Shown here: piece by piece, positions 29,322-36,903 of the stretch
Layout of the letters: the number at the start of each line of letters is the position of its first letter
Numbering within the stretch: the first letter of the stretch is position 1
From: Spirochaetales bacterium
GTDB taxonomy: Bacteria; Spirochaetota; Spirochaetia; JABEVK01
Assembly (NCBI GenBank): GCA_947478845.1
Contig: CANJXC010000005.1
Coordinates: 80,246 to 144,245, forward strand
DNA length: 64,000 nt
Reading direction: 5' to 3'
Position numbers and translations under genes: made by a program
Notes under the pieces: model-generated
Told to the model about the DNA's origin: nothing
Database searches by the model: none
What the model saw: the letters and a program-made list of their open reading frames with translations, nothing else

Positions 29322-30671
29322 GTGAGCCGACGCGACCGCGTCAACGACGCCCAACTAACGCCGGCTGAGCGACTTCAAGCCTTGCGAGAGCTGGTGAAAG
29401 CGGGACAAGTCCGCCGCGAGAGCGCCCTCTCCGGGGGTGAGGTGAACAACCATGTTCATACCATTTATAGCTTTAGTCCCTATACGCCTTCGATGGCCGT
29501 ACTGAAAGCCTTCGAGGCCGGCCTAGACGCCGTCGGATCGGTAGATCATGACTCGGTGGGAGCAGCCCGAGAAACCCTCGAAGCAGGGAAGGTTCTAGGC
29601 ATCGCTACCACAGTAGGTTGTGAAGTCAGGGTTTCCTTTGCCAAGACGCCTTTTGAGCACCGCAAAATCAATTACCCCGAGTGTCTGGGCAAAGCCTATA
29701 TGGTGTTCCACGGCCTTCCTGAGCGTAGTCTGGACGCCGTGGAAGCTTTCCTAAAGCCCTTACGGGAAGTAAGGGTGGAAAGAACCCGGGCGATGACCAT
29801 CAGGCTGTCAGAGGTTTTCGTGTCAGCCGGGCTGCCTTCGGTGCACTTCGAACGCGATGTGGCTTCGATTACCCAGCTTCATCAAGGTGGCGGGGTCACC
29901 GAAAGACACCTCTGCGCCGCTGCTGCCAAGGTTCTCCGGGGCCACGCGGGCAACGGGAAGGGTGTGGTGACCCTACTTCAGGACAACCTCGGCTTTACTG
30001 TAACCCCGGAAGTTGCCAAACGGCTCGGTGATGAAGCCAATCCCCACGCCCTTTACGATTTGGTCGGATTCCTTAAGACCACCTTGCTCGAGCAGGTGTT
30101 TTTGCAGCCTTCCGATCTCGAATGCCCTCCCGTGCGCGAGGTGGTGGCCTTTGCTCGCTCGGTGGGAGCCTTGCCTTCCTACGCCTACCTAGGAGACGTG
30201 GGTGAATCACCTACGGGAGACAAAAAATCCGAGTTCTTCGAGGATGCTTATCTGGCCGATTTATTGGCTGCCCTGGGAGAGCTTGGTTTTCAGGCCGTAA
30301 CTTATATGCCACCACGAAACTCGCTGGCCCAGCTCAAGCGCGTCCAAGAGCTCTGTGCGAGTCACGGACTGATGGAGATTTCCGGGGTCGACATCAACAG
30401 TTCGCGTCAGAGCTTTCATTGTCCGGAGGTGCTGTTACCAGAGTTTCGCCACCTGAACCAAAGCACGTGGGCTCTCATCGCTCACGAGAAATTAACTAAC
30501 CGCGAAGCCAGCTTGGGTCTCTTCGACCCCAGAAACCCGGGCTCGAGACTCCCGCTGACTCAACGTCTCGAGGCCTACGCCCAGGTGGGCAGAGCGATGG
30601 ATGCCCGCCAACCCCAGAATCTCCGCACACCGGAGTTTCCAGACCAACTTGCCAGGAGCCCTCGTGTCTGA
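29322..30671 (+). CDS. PHP-domain metal-dependent phosphoesterase with C-terminal extension
   Basis: NNHVHTIYS...SVDHDS PHP motifs. A GTG start lies 4 nt after the E1 stop, so it is operonic. Confidence 0.7.
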   Translation: MSRRDRVNDAQLTPAERLQALRELVKAGQVRRESALSGGEVNNHVHTIYSFSPYTPSMAVLKAFEAGLDAVGSVDHDSVGAARETLEAGKVLGIATTVGCEVRVSFAKTPFEHRKINYPECLGKAYMVFHGLPERSLDAVEAFLKPLREVRVERTRAMTIRLSEVFVSAGLPSVHFERDVASITQLHQGGGVTERHLCAAAAKVLRGHAGNGKGVVTLLQDNLGFTVTPEVAKRLGDEANPHALYDLVGFLKTTLLEQVFLQPSDLECPPVREVVAFARSVGALPSYAYLGDVGESPTGDKKSEFFEDAYLADLLAALGELGFQAVTYMPPRNSLAQLKRVQELCASHGLMEISGVDINSSRQSFHCPEVLLPEFRHLNQSTWALIAHEKLTNREASLGLFDPRNPGSRLPLTQRLEAYAQVGRAMDARQPQNLRTPEFPDQLARSPRV

Positions 30672-31749
30672 CACCGCTTTCCTTGTGGCACCGCGAATCC
30701 GTGGGCTGGCCTCGTGCTCGGGTCACCGTGTGCGTGTGCGCTTTGAGGACTTGACCATTCGCCCCACCAAAGGAACTGTGCTCAATCTAAAGTCGCCCGA
30801 CGAGCTAGAGTCCACATGGAAACAAGCAGTCACCTCTAGCCAGTTGCCCTCAGCGGTTTTCGTCGATGGTGTGGGCTGTTTTTTTCTCACGGTTTCGGGA
30901 CCTTCAAGGCCCAGCCGCCGCGACGAGGTGATTGCGGGCAAAGTTGCCGTTGTCACCGGCGGTGCTCAAGGCTTCGGTGAGGAAATCGCCCGCGGTTTGG
31001 TGGCCAACGGAGGCTTTGTGGCAGTGGCCGACCTCAACCTTGCGGGGGCGAACAAACTCGTCGAAAGCCTCAATGCCGCCGCTGGCAAACCTGTTGCCAT
31101 GGCCGTGGCCGTGAACATTGCCGACGAGGCCTCCGTGGAGGCCATGGTCAAGGAGGTCACTCTGGCCGTGGGTGGCATAGACCTTTTCGTGGCCAACGCA
31201 GGGGTGCTCAAAGCCAGTCCTGTGGTCGACCAAGACCTCAAGTCCTTCGAGTTTGTTACCGCCGTCAATTACACCGGCTACATGCTTTGCGTCAAACACG
31301 CCGCCAGGGTCATGCGCGAGCAGACCCAGTTCGACCCAAGCAGTTGGACCGATATCATTCAGATCAATTCCAAATCGGGACTAGAGGGCTCCAACAAGAA
31401 TGGCAGCTATGCGGGAAGCAAGTTTGGTGGCATCGGTCTTACACAGAGCTTTGCCCTCGAGCTAGTGGCCTACCACATCAAGGTCAATGCAATCTGCCCG
31501 GGCAATTTCTTCGACGGGCCTTTGTGGTCAGACCCCGAAAAAGGTCTGTTCGCCCAGTACCTGCACACCGGCAAAGTACCCGGCGCCAAGAGCCTGGCCG
31601 ATGTGAAGACCTTCTACGAAGCCAAGGTGCCCATGAACCGGGGTTGTACCGGGGCCGATGTTCTCAAAGCCCTGCTTTACATTTGTGACCAAGCCTATGA
31701 AACCGGCCAAGCAGTCCCTGTTACTGGTGGCCAAACCATGCTGAACTAA
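30664..31749 (+). CDS. SDR-family dehydrogenase, sorbitol-6-phosphate 2-dehydrogenase (SrlD/GutD)-like, with about 100-aa N-terminal extension
   Basis: The C-terminal half aligns closely with E. coli SrlD (IIQINSKSG..SKFGG.GLTQS.ALEL...KVP.KRGC...VTGGQ). Rossmann motif VAVVTGGAQGFG. There is no ATG before the Rossmann fold, so the start is an upstream GTG (30664 or later). Confidence 0.75.
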   Translation: MSDTAFLVAPRIRGLASCSGHRVRVRFEDLTIRPTKGTVLNLKSPDELESTWKQAVTSSQLPSAVFVDGVGCFFLTVSGPSRPSRRDEVIAGKVAVVTGGAQGFGEEIARGLVANGGFVAVADLNLAGANKLVESLNAAAGKPVAMAVAVNIADEASVEAMVKEVTLAVGGIDLFVANAGVLKASPVVDQDLKSFEFVTAVNYTGYMLCVKHAARVMREQTQFDPSSWTDIIQINSKSGLEGSNKNGSYAGSKFGGIGLTQSFALELVAYHIKVNAICPGNFFDGPLWSDPEKGLFAQYLHTGKVPGAKSLADVKTFYEAKVPMNRGCTGADVLKALLYICDQAYETGQAVPVTGGQTMLN

Positions 31750-31778
31750 GAGGCCGATATCGAGCACAAGGAGTTACT

Positions 31779-33041
31779 ATGAAAACTAAGGCGGTGCGCC
31801 TCCATGGTGTCAATGATTTGCGACTCGAGGAGTTTGAACTCCCAGCGATCAAGGAGGATGAGATTCTGGCCAAGGTTGTGTCCGACTCCCTGTGCATGTC
31901 GAGCTACAAGCTGGCCAAACAGGGCGACAAGCACAAGCGGGTCCGCTACGATCTGAAAAAACACCCGATCATCCTCGGACACGAGTTCTGCGGCGAGCTC
32001 ATCGAAGTGGGAAAAAAATGGTCGAAGAAGTTCAAGGTGGGAGACCACTTCAGTATACAGCCTGCGTTGAACAAAGACGGCACTCCGTGGGCGCCTGGAT
32101 ACAGCTATGAGCATATCGGTGGCGATAGCCAATATGTGGTTATTCCCTCCGAAGTGATGGAACTCGACTGCCTTCTTCCGTACCCCAGCGACGTCTTTTT
32201 CATGGGCTCCTTGAGCGAGCCGGTCAGTTGTGTGATCGGCGCCTTTAACGCCAACTACCACAGCAAACCCGGAAGTTACGTGCATGAAATGGGCATTGTC
32301 GAAGGGGGAGCCACCGTCTTGGTGGCCGGCATCGGCCCCATGGGTCTCGGAGCCATTGACTACGCCCTGCACGGCCCCCGACGCCCACGCCGCCTCATCG
32401 TGACGGGAACCAAGGAAGAGCGGCTTAACCGCGCTCGCAGCCTGCTCACGGTGGAGGATGCCCGAGCCCACGGCGTTGACTTGCATTACGTGAATACCAC
32501 AGAACACACCGACCCGGTGGCTGCTCTGAAGGCGCTCAACGAGGGTAAACTCTTCGACGACGTCTTTGTCTTCGCCCCGGCTCGTGACCTTGTCGAGTTC
32601 GGCGCCCAACTTTTGGGCCGTGATGGCTGTTTGAACTTCTTTGCTGGCCCCAGCGATACGGCGTTCAGCGCAACCTTCAACTTTTATGGGGTCCACTATG
32701 AGGGCCATCATGTGGCTGCCAATTCCGGTGGAAACAACGACGACCTGCACCAGGCACTTGAGTTGATGATGCGCGGCCAACTCAACCCGGCCATCATGGT
32801 CACGCACGTGGGCGGCCTCAACGCCGTCGTGCAGACCACCCTCGAGTTAGACAAGATCCCCGGTGGCAAAAAGCTCATGTACGTGCAAAAGAATCTGGAA
32901 CTGGTCGCGATTGCGGAGTTTGCGCAGCACGGCAAGACGAATCAATTCTACGCAAAATTGGCTGAAATCTGCGCGCGGCACAATCAGCTCTGGAACGGCG
33001 AGGCCGAGAAGTATCTGTTGGCACACGCGCCTTTGATTTAG
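31779..33041 (+). CDS. zinc-containing medium-chain dehydrogenase, L-sorbose-1-phosphate reductase (SorE)-like
   Basis: 420 aa. Zn ligand region GHEFCGELIEVG. Good RBS. Confidence 0.8.
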   Translation: MKTKAVRLHGVNDLRLEEFELPAIKEDEILAKVVSDSLCMSSYKLAKQGDKHKRVRYDLKKHPIILGHEFCGELIEVGKKWSKKFKVGDHFSIQPALNKDGTPWAPGYSYEHIGGDSQYVVIPSEVMELDCLLPYPSDVFFMGSLSEPVSCVIGAFNANYHSKPGSYVHEMGIVEGGATVLVAGIGPMGLGAIDYALHGPRRPRRLIVTGTKEERLNRARSLLTVEDARAHGVDLHYVNTTEHTDPVAALKALNEGKLFDDVFVFAPARDLVEFGAQLLGRDGCLNFFAGPSDTAFSATFNFYGVHYEGHHVAANSGGNNDDLHQALELMMRGQLNPAIMVTHVGGLNAVVQTTLELDKIPGGKKLMYVQKNLELVAIAEFAQHGKTNQFYAKLAEICARHNQLWNGEAEKYLLAHAPLI

Positions 33042-33125
33042 CAGAGATGGGGCCTAGCTGAGCGACCTCATTTTCGTGGCCTCGGTAAGGCCGCACTCAA
33101 ACATTTGACGAGAAAGGAGAACCAA

Positions 33126-33794
33126 ATGATCTACATGGCCGACACTGCGAATCTCGAGGAACTACGATCACTTTTCCATCACTTCCCACTCGAGGGCGTG
33201 ACCACCAACCCCACCATCTTGTCGAAAGGTGGACTACAGCTCTCGAAGGCGGTGCCAGCCATTCTCGAAATCGTCGGTAACAAGATGATGCACATGCAGA
33301 TGATCAGTGACAGCGCCGAGGACATATTGGCTGAGGCACAAAGCTACCGCAAGCGCTTTTCACTGGGTGACAACTACTACGTGAAGATACCGGTCACCCG
33401 GGAAGGCTTCCGAGCCATACAGATGGTGAAGCGTGCCGGAATGAAAGTGACCGCTACTGCTATTTTCACCCAACAACAGGCGCTCATCGCCGCCAAAGCC
33501 GGAGCGGATTACGTGGCCCCATATGTGAACCGCCTCGACAACATTGTCAGCCACGGCATCGAAGTGGTGAGCGACATTGTCAACACTTTCGCCCGCTACG
33601 GACTGGCCACCAAAGTCCTCGCCGCCAGCTTCAAAAACGTGGACCAGATTTACCGCGTCAGCATGGTGGGCTGCCATGCCGTCACCGCGTCGGCAGACGT
33701 GCTCAACGCCATGGTCAACCACCCCATGACCGACCTGGCCGTGGAAGATTTCAAGATCGACGGTGCTGCTTGGTACGACGTGGAACGGGTGTAG
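33126..33794 (+). CDS. fructose-6-phosphate aldolase / transaldolase-family (FSA/TalC-like) enzyme
   Basis: The GVTTNPT signature and an active-site Lys region are present. AAGGAGA RBS before ATG 33126. Confidence 0.85.
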   Translation: MIYMADTANLEELRSLFHHFPLEGVTTNPTILSKGGLQLSKAVPAILEIVGNKMMHMQMISDSAEDILAEAQSYRKRFSLGDNYYVKIPVTREGFRAIQMVKRAGMKVTATAIFTQQQALIAAKAGADYVAPYVNRLDNIVSHGIEVVSDIVNTFARYGLATKVLAASFKNVDQIYRVSMVGCHAVTASADVLNAMVNHPMTDLAVEDFKIDGAAWYDVERV

Positions 33795-33828
33795 GATAAG
33801 CTTCCCAGCGCTTCACTAGAAATCACAT

Positions 33829-34257
33829 CTAAAATGGAAACTTGATTTTGAGCCCGGCGAACCTCAGGTAGTCGCGGTCGCCAGTGACCAGCGTTGCATC
33901 GTTTTCAAGGGCCAAGGCAGCCAAGTGGGCGTCGGTAGTCAAGTTACCACCGGTGCCAGCAACCAGCAGCAGGTGGCGCAAAATTCCGGCGTGGCCCGGC
34001 CCGGGGTTGAGCGGCACCACCGAAGGGGCAGACCTAAAATAGTCGAGCCATTCCAATGCCTGATCAACCGTTAAGGGACGCGAAAACACCTTGGGTGAAG
34101 TCGTGAGTCTCAGAAAACCCAAATGAACCACCCAAGGTAAGGCAACTTCTTCACCCGAGTCGTTGACAGCAATCTCGAGCCACTCTTTGGCCGCGTGGTG
34201 CCTCACAGAACTGTCGTCTGCCGCGTAGAGAAGCACATTGAGATCCGGGACAATCAC
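33829..34257 (-). CDS. vapC: PIN-domain toxin VapC
   Basis: 142 aa. N-terminal MIVPDLNVLLYA is the PIN acidic-residue pattern. Overlaps vapB by 4 nt. Confidence 0.85.
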   Translation of the reverse strand: MIVPDLNVLLYAADDSSVRHHAAKEWLEIAVNDSGEEVALPWVVHLGFLRLTTSPKVFSRPLTVDQALEWLDYFRSAPSVVPLNPGPGHAGILRHLLLVAGTGGNLTTDAHLAALALENDATLVTGDRDYLRFAGLKIKFPF

Positions 34258-34511
34258 TTGAGGCGCTCGAAGTTTTCGGCGACCGACCCGGCCTCGAGCG
34301 CATCGATCAACGCCCAGGCTTTTGTGTAATCAAGCCTCTGGCCTCCCAGCGAAAAGGTGGGGCAGACCCAGCGAGGCTGGGTGCCGGCTTTCTTGTGCAA
34401 CCCCAAACTAAGGGCCTCGGCGACTACCGACTTAATTGAACGAGCCTCAAGGGCAGCCCGTTGTGCAACTTCACGCATTAAAACATCTGGTAATACTAAA
34501 GTAGTTCGCAT
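34254..34511 (-). CDS. vapB: antitoxin VapB (ribbon-helix-helix/AbrB-like)
   Basis: 85 aa, starting MRTTLVLPDVLMREV. Immediately upstream of and overlapping vapC. Confidence 0.7.
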   Translation of the reverse strand: MRTTLVLPDVLMREVAQRAALEARSIKSVVAEALSLGLHKKAGTQPRWVCPTFSLGGQRLDYTKAWALIDALEAGSVAENFERLK

Positions 34512-34517
34512 ATTCGC

Positions 34518-34546
34518 ATACTACTCTCGCTGGAGGCGCAAGTCAA
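34518..34546 (-). promoter_or_regulatory. near-consensus sigma70-type promoter TTGACT-17nt-TAGTAT for vapBC, -10 ending 6 nt before the ATG (leaderless-type)
   Basis: Minus-strand sequence cTTGACTtgcgcctccagcgagagTAGTATgcgaatATG. Confidence 0.45.
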
Positions 34547-34558
34547 GTGTGGAGAGCC

Positions 34559-35737
34559 TCAGGGGGTTTTCGTAGGCCAAGTTGCCAACAGCTTGTCGAC
34601 CCTTTGGCGCTTTTCGCCCGGGAAGCTCTCGTGGAACACGCCGCCCATGTGATAGCAAGCCAGACCACCGCAGGTTGAGGCCCAACGGAGAGCTTCCTCT
34701 AGGTCCGAGGTCTGTCCCCGTTCCTTTTGCAAAGCCAAAGAAGTGAGCACTCCCCCTGCAAAGTTATCGCCACAGCCGGTCGTGTCACCTTTCAGGTAAG
34801 GGTTTTCGGCCAAGTCATTTAGCACATGTTGGCAGACGGGGGAGGTCTGTCCCTCGGGTTTAACGAAACGAGGCGACGCCACCCGGAACTCAGTGTCGTG
34901 CACCCCGTCGGTGACTACGGCGGCCCCTACGCCCTGCCCTACAAACCAATCGAGGGCCGCACCGACGGTCGACGCTCCCGACAACCTCAGGGCCTCTTCA
35001 CGGTCGGCCACCAACAAGTCGATGAAACGATAGCTGGCGTCGCTGCTGCCTAAAGGCCAGCGCCCTGCCGGGTTGCGTTTTTCATTGCGGAAGTCGTACA
35101 CGGTGTTCACGAGGGTGAAGGCACCTGCTTGTTTGGCGCGCTGGAGAAGCGTATCGAGGTGGTCGTGCAGGCCGGGCACGAGGCCGGTTCCACCGAAGAC
35201 GACGAAATCTGAGGCAAAGAAGTCTTCACCCAAGTCTTCGGGAGTCAAGTGCCATGCGGTGCCAATGTTATTCACAAACGTCCTTTCGCCCCGGCCGTTC
35301 GCGTATCGGGGATCGGAAAGAACGTAGGTGAACGGGGTGAGTCCGCTTTTTAGTTTCAGACCGCGCGGGGAGAGGGGAGTCCGCGCCAATTGTCTGCCCA
35401 GCTCCGTGCCCAATTCATCGGCGCCGATGGCTCCCACGAAGTTCACTTCGAAGCTTGAGGGCTCCAGTAATTGCGCGGCGTTGATGAGGGCTACGATTCC
35501 GGGCCCCCCGATGTTGGTGGCGTGAGCCTGCCGACCTTGGGTGATTGTCCCCAAAGTCTCAAGGCATGGGCGCCCCGTGAAACGCTCAAAGTCTTCGGTA
35601 AAAACCAGTTTGCCAGGTTCAAGGCCCCCGTCTCCTGGTGTACGTGACCGACTGTTCTCAAATCCGGACGACAAAAAATCGACATCGGCATAGATGACAT
35701 CGACGAGGACGCAACCTGCACCCGAGATTCTGATCAT
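34559..35737 (-). CDS. PfkB-family (ribokinase superfamily) carbohydrate kinase, unusually long (392 aa)
   Basis: GCGDNFAGG anion-hole/catalytic Asp motif and an NXXE region. Lies 4 nt downstream of the isomerase-like gene. Confidence 0.8.
   Translation of the reverse strand: MIRISGAGCVLVDVIYADVDFLSSGFENSRSRTPGDGGLEPGKLVFTEDFERFTGRPCLETLGTITQGRQAHATNIGGPGIVALINAAQLLEPSSFEVNFVGAIGADELGTELGRQLARTPLSPRGLKLKSGLTPFTYVLSDPRYANGRGERTFVNNIGTAWHLTPEDLGEDFFASDFVVFGGTGLVPGLHDHLDTLLQRAKQAGAFTLVNTVYDFRNEKRNPAGRWPLGSSDASYRFIDLLVADREEALRLSGASTVGAALDWFVGQGVGAAVVTDGVHDTEFRVASPRFVKPEGQTSPVCQHVLNDLAENPYLKGDTTGCGDNFAGGVLTSLALQKERGQTSDLEEALRWASTCGGLACYHMGGVFHESFPGEKRQRVDKLLATWPTKTP
34707..34718 (-). repeat. dispersed word GGGACAGACCTC, copy 7 (minus) in PfkB kinase gene
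   Basis: exact 12/12. Confidence 0.9.
34842..34853 (-). repeat. dispersed word GGGACAGACCTC, copy 8 (minus) in PfkB kinase gene, flanked by GGGGG
   Basis: exact 12/12. Confidence 0.9.
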
Positions 35738-35741
35738 GCCT

Positions 35742-36773
35742 CTATCCCCGCAACAAAAGATTCACCACGTACATTTCCAGAGCCTCGTAGTTGCGCTCGG
35801 CTACGCACTTCTTCTGGAACCCGTAGTCGAACTTCAGGGCCTTTTCTTCCAGTAACTTGGCAATGGTCAGGCTGTTGGACAGGTGCTCGTAGCCGGCGCT
35901 GTCCTTGGTGGTGCGCATGGCTTTCACGTCCAAGCCGACGTACTCGCCGTTCTTGCCGTAGTCGTTTTCGACGAGCACCTTGATCTGATTGAACCCTTGG
36001 CGAAGGTTCTCGACGCCGAAGGAGCGGTCTTGGTCGAACTTTAGGCCATTCTGGTCGTTGAGGTGTACCCCCCAGAGCTTGCCCATGGCCAGCCCAAAGG
36101 CGATCTCGTTGGCGGGATCGAGGCCCGCAAGAATGGCGTGGGCCGACTCAAGAAGACCGCCCACGCGGGTGGGGTCAACTGTGGCGGCGCTGACGCCCAT
36201 CACGTGGCCGATGGTTCCACAGTAGCTGCGGTCCACTGGTTCGTTGGGCTTGGGCTCGATGAGAATTTTGATGGTTTTGTCGTAGCTGAGCATAGCGTTT
36301 ACGGCTTCCACCAAGTGCTTGATGGCCACCACCGGGTCTTTGCTCTCGGCGCAACTGGTACCTTCTCGAGCCAACCACAGCACAATCTTGTCGCAACCGA
36401 GCTCTCGGGCGATGTCGATCGACTTTAGCGAGCGGTCGATGGCGTACTTGCGGTCGGCAGCACTGTTGGACGTGTAGGCTCCATCAATGCAGTGCTCGTC
36501 CATCCACAATCGGGGGGCCACGAACTCGGCCGCCATGCCGTGGTTGTCGAGCAGCTTCTTGACTTCTTTAGCCTTCGCCGAAATCTGCGCAGCGGATTTG
36601 CCATTGATTTCAGGCACCGCGTCATCGTCGTGGAACTGCACGGCGTCGAAGCCCAGCCGCTTAAAGGTTTCCACCTTTTTTGCGAAGGCGATCGTGGCTC
36701 GGGTGGCGGGGCCATAAACGTCGGCACCCTCGGCAACATTCCATGGACCTACGGAATAACGGAACTTCGACAT
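35742..36773 (-). CDS. xylA: xylose isomerase (XylA class I)-like sugar isomerase, short form (about 343 aa)
   Basis: Matches class I xylose isomerase (for example Streptomyces) at FHDDD, EPKPNEP and HLNDQNGLKFDQDRSFG. The start MSKFRYSVGPW is at 36773. The 24-codon upstream extension has no RBS. Confidence 0.7.
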   Translation of the reverse strand: MSKFRYSVGPWNVAEGADVYGPATRATIAFAKKVETFKRLGFDAVQFHDDDAVPEINGKSAAQISAKAKEVKKLLDNHGMAAEFVAPRLWMDEHCIDGAYTSNSAADRKYAIDRSLKSIDIARELGCDKIVLWLAREGTSCAESKDPVVAIKHLVEAVNAMLSYDKTIKILIEPKPNEPVDRSYCGTIGHVMGVSAATVDPTRVGGLLESAHAILAGLDPANEIAFGLAMGKLWGVHLNDQNGLKFDQDRSFGVENLRQGFNQIKVLVENDYGKNGEYVGLDVKAMRTTKDSAGYEHLSNSLTIAKLLEEKALKFDYGFQKKCVAERNYEALEMYVVNLLLRG

Positions 36774-36903
36774 GGTCAAACTCTCCTTTCTTCGTGAGCG
36801 CGCACGGGCTACCTTGAGGATTATCCACGACAAGTGTGTGGTCAAGACGTTTTGTGCTGGTCAAGTTCGCAATATCGCGGGACACTGGCAGCAGGAGACT
36901 TGT

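Noticed and set aside
36772-36903. 44-codon N-terminal extension of the mtlD-like ORF, and similar extensions at 30601 (SDR), 33105 (FSA), 35742-36845 (xylA-like), 14384-15916 (GH13), 48039 (ArsR-like)
   Set aside because: Internal ATG or GTG sites with proper RBS and homology-consistent N-termini are better starts. The extensions overlap divergent or upstream genes.
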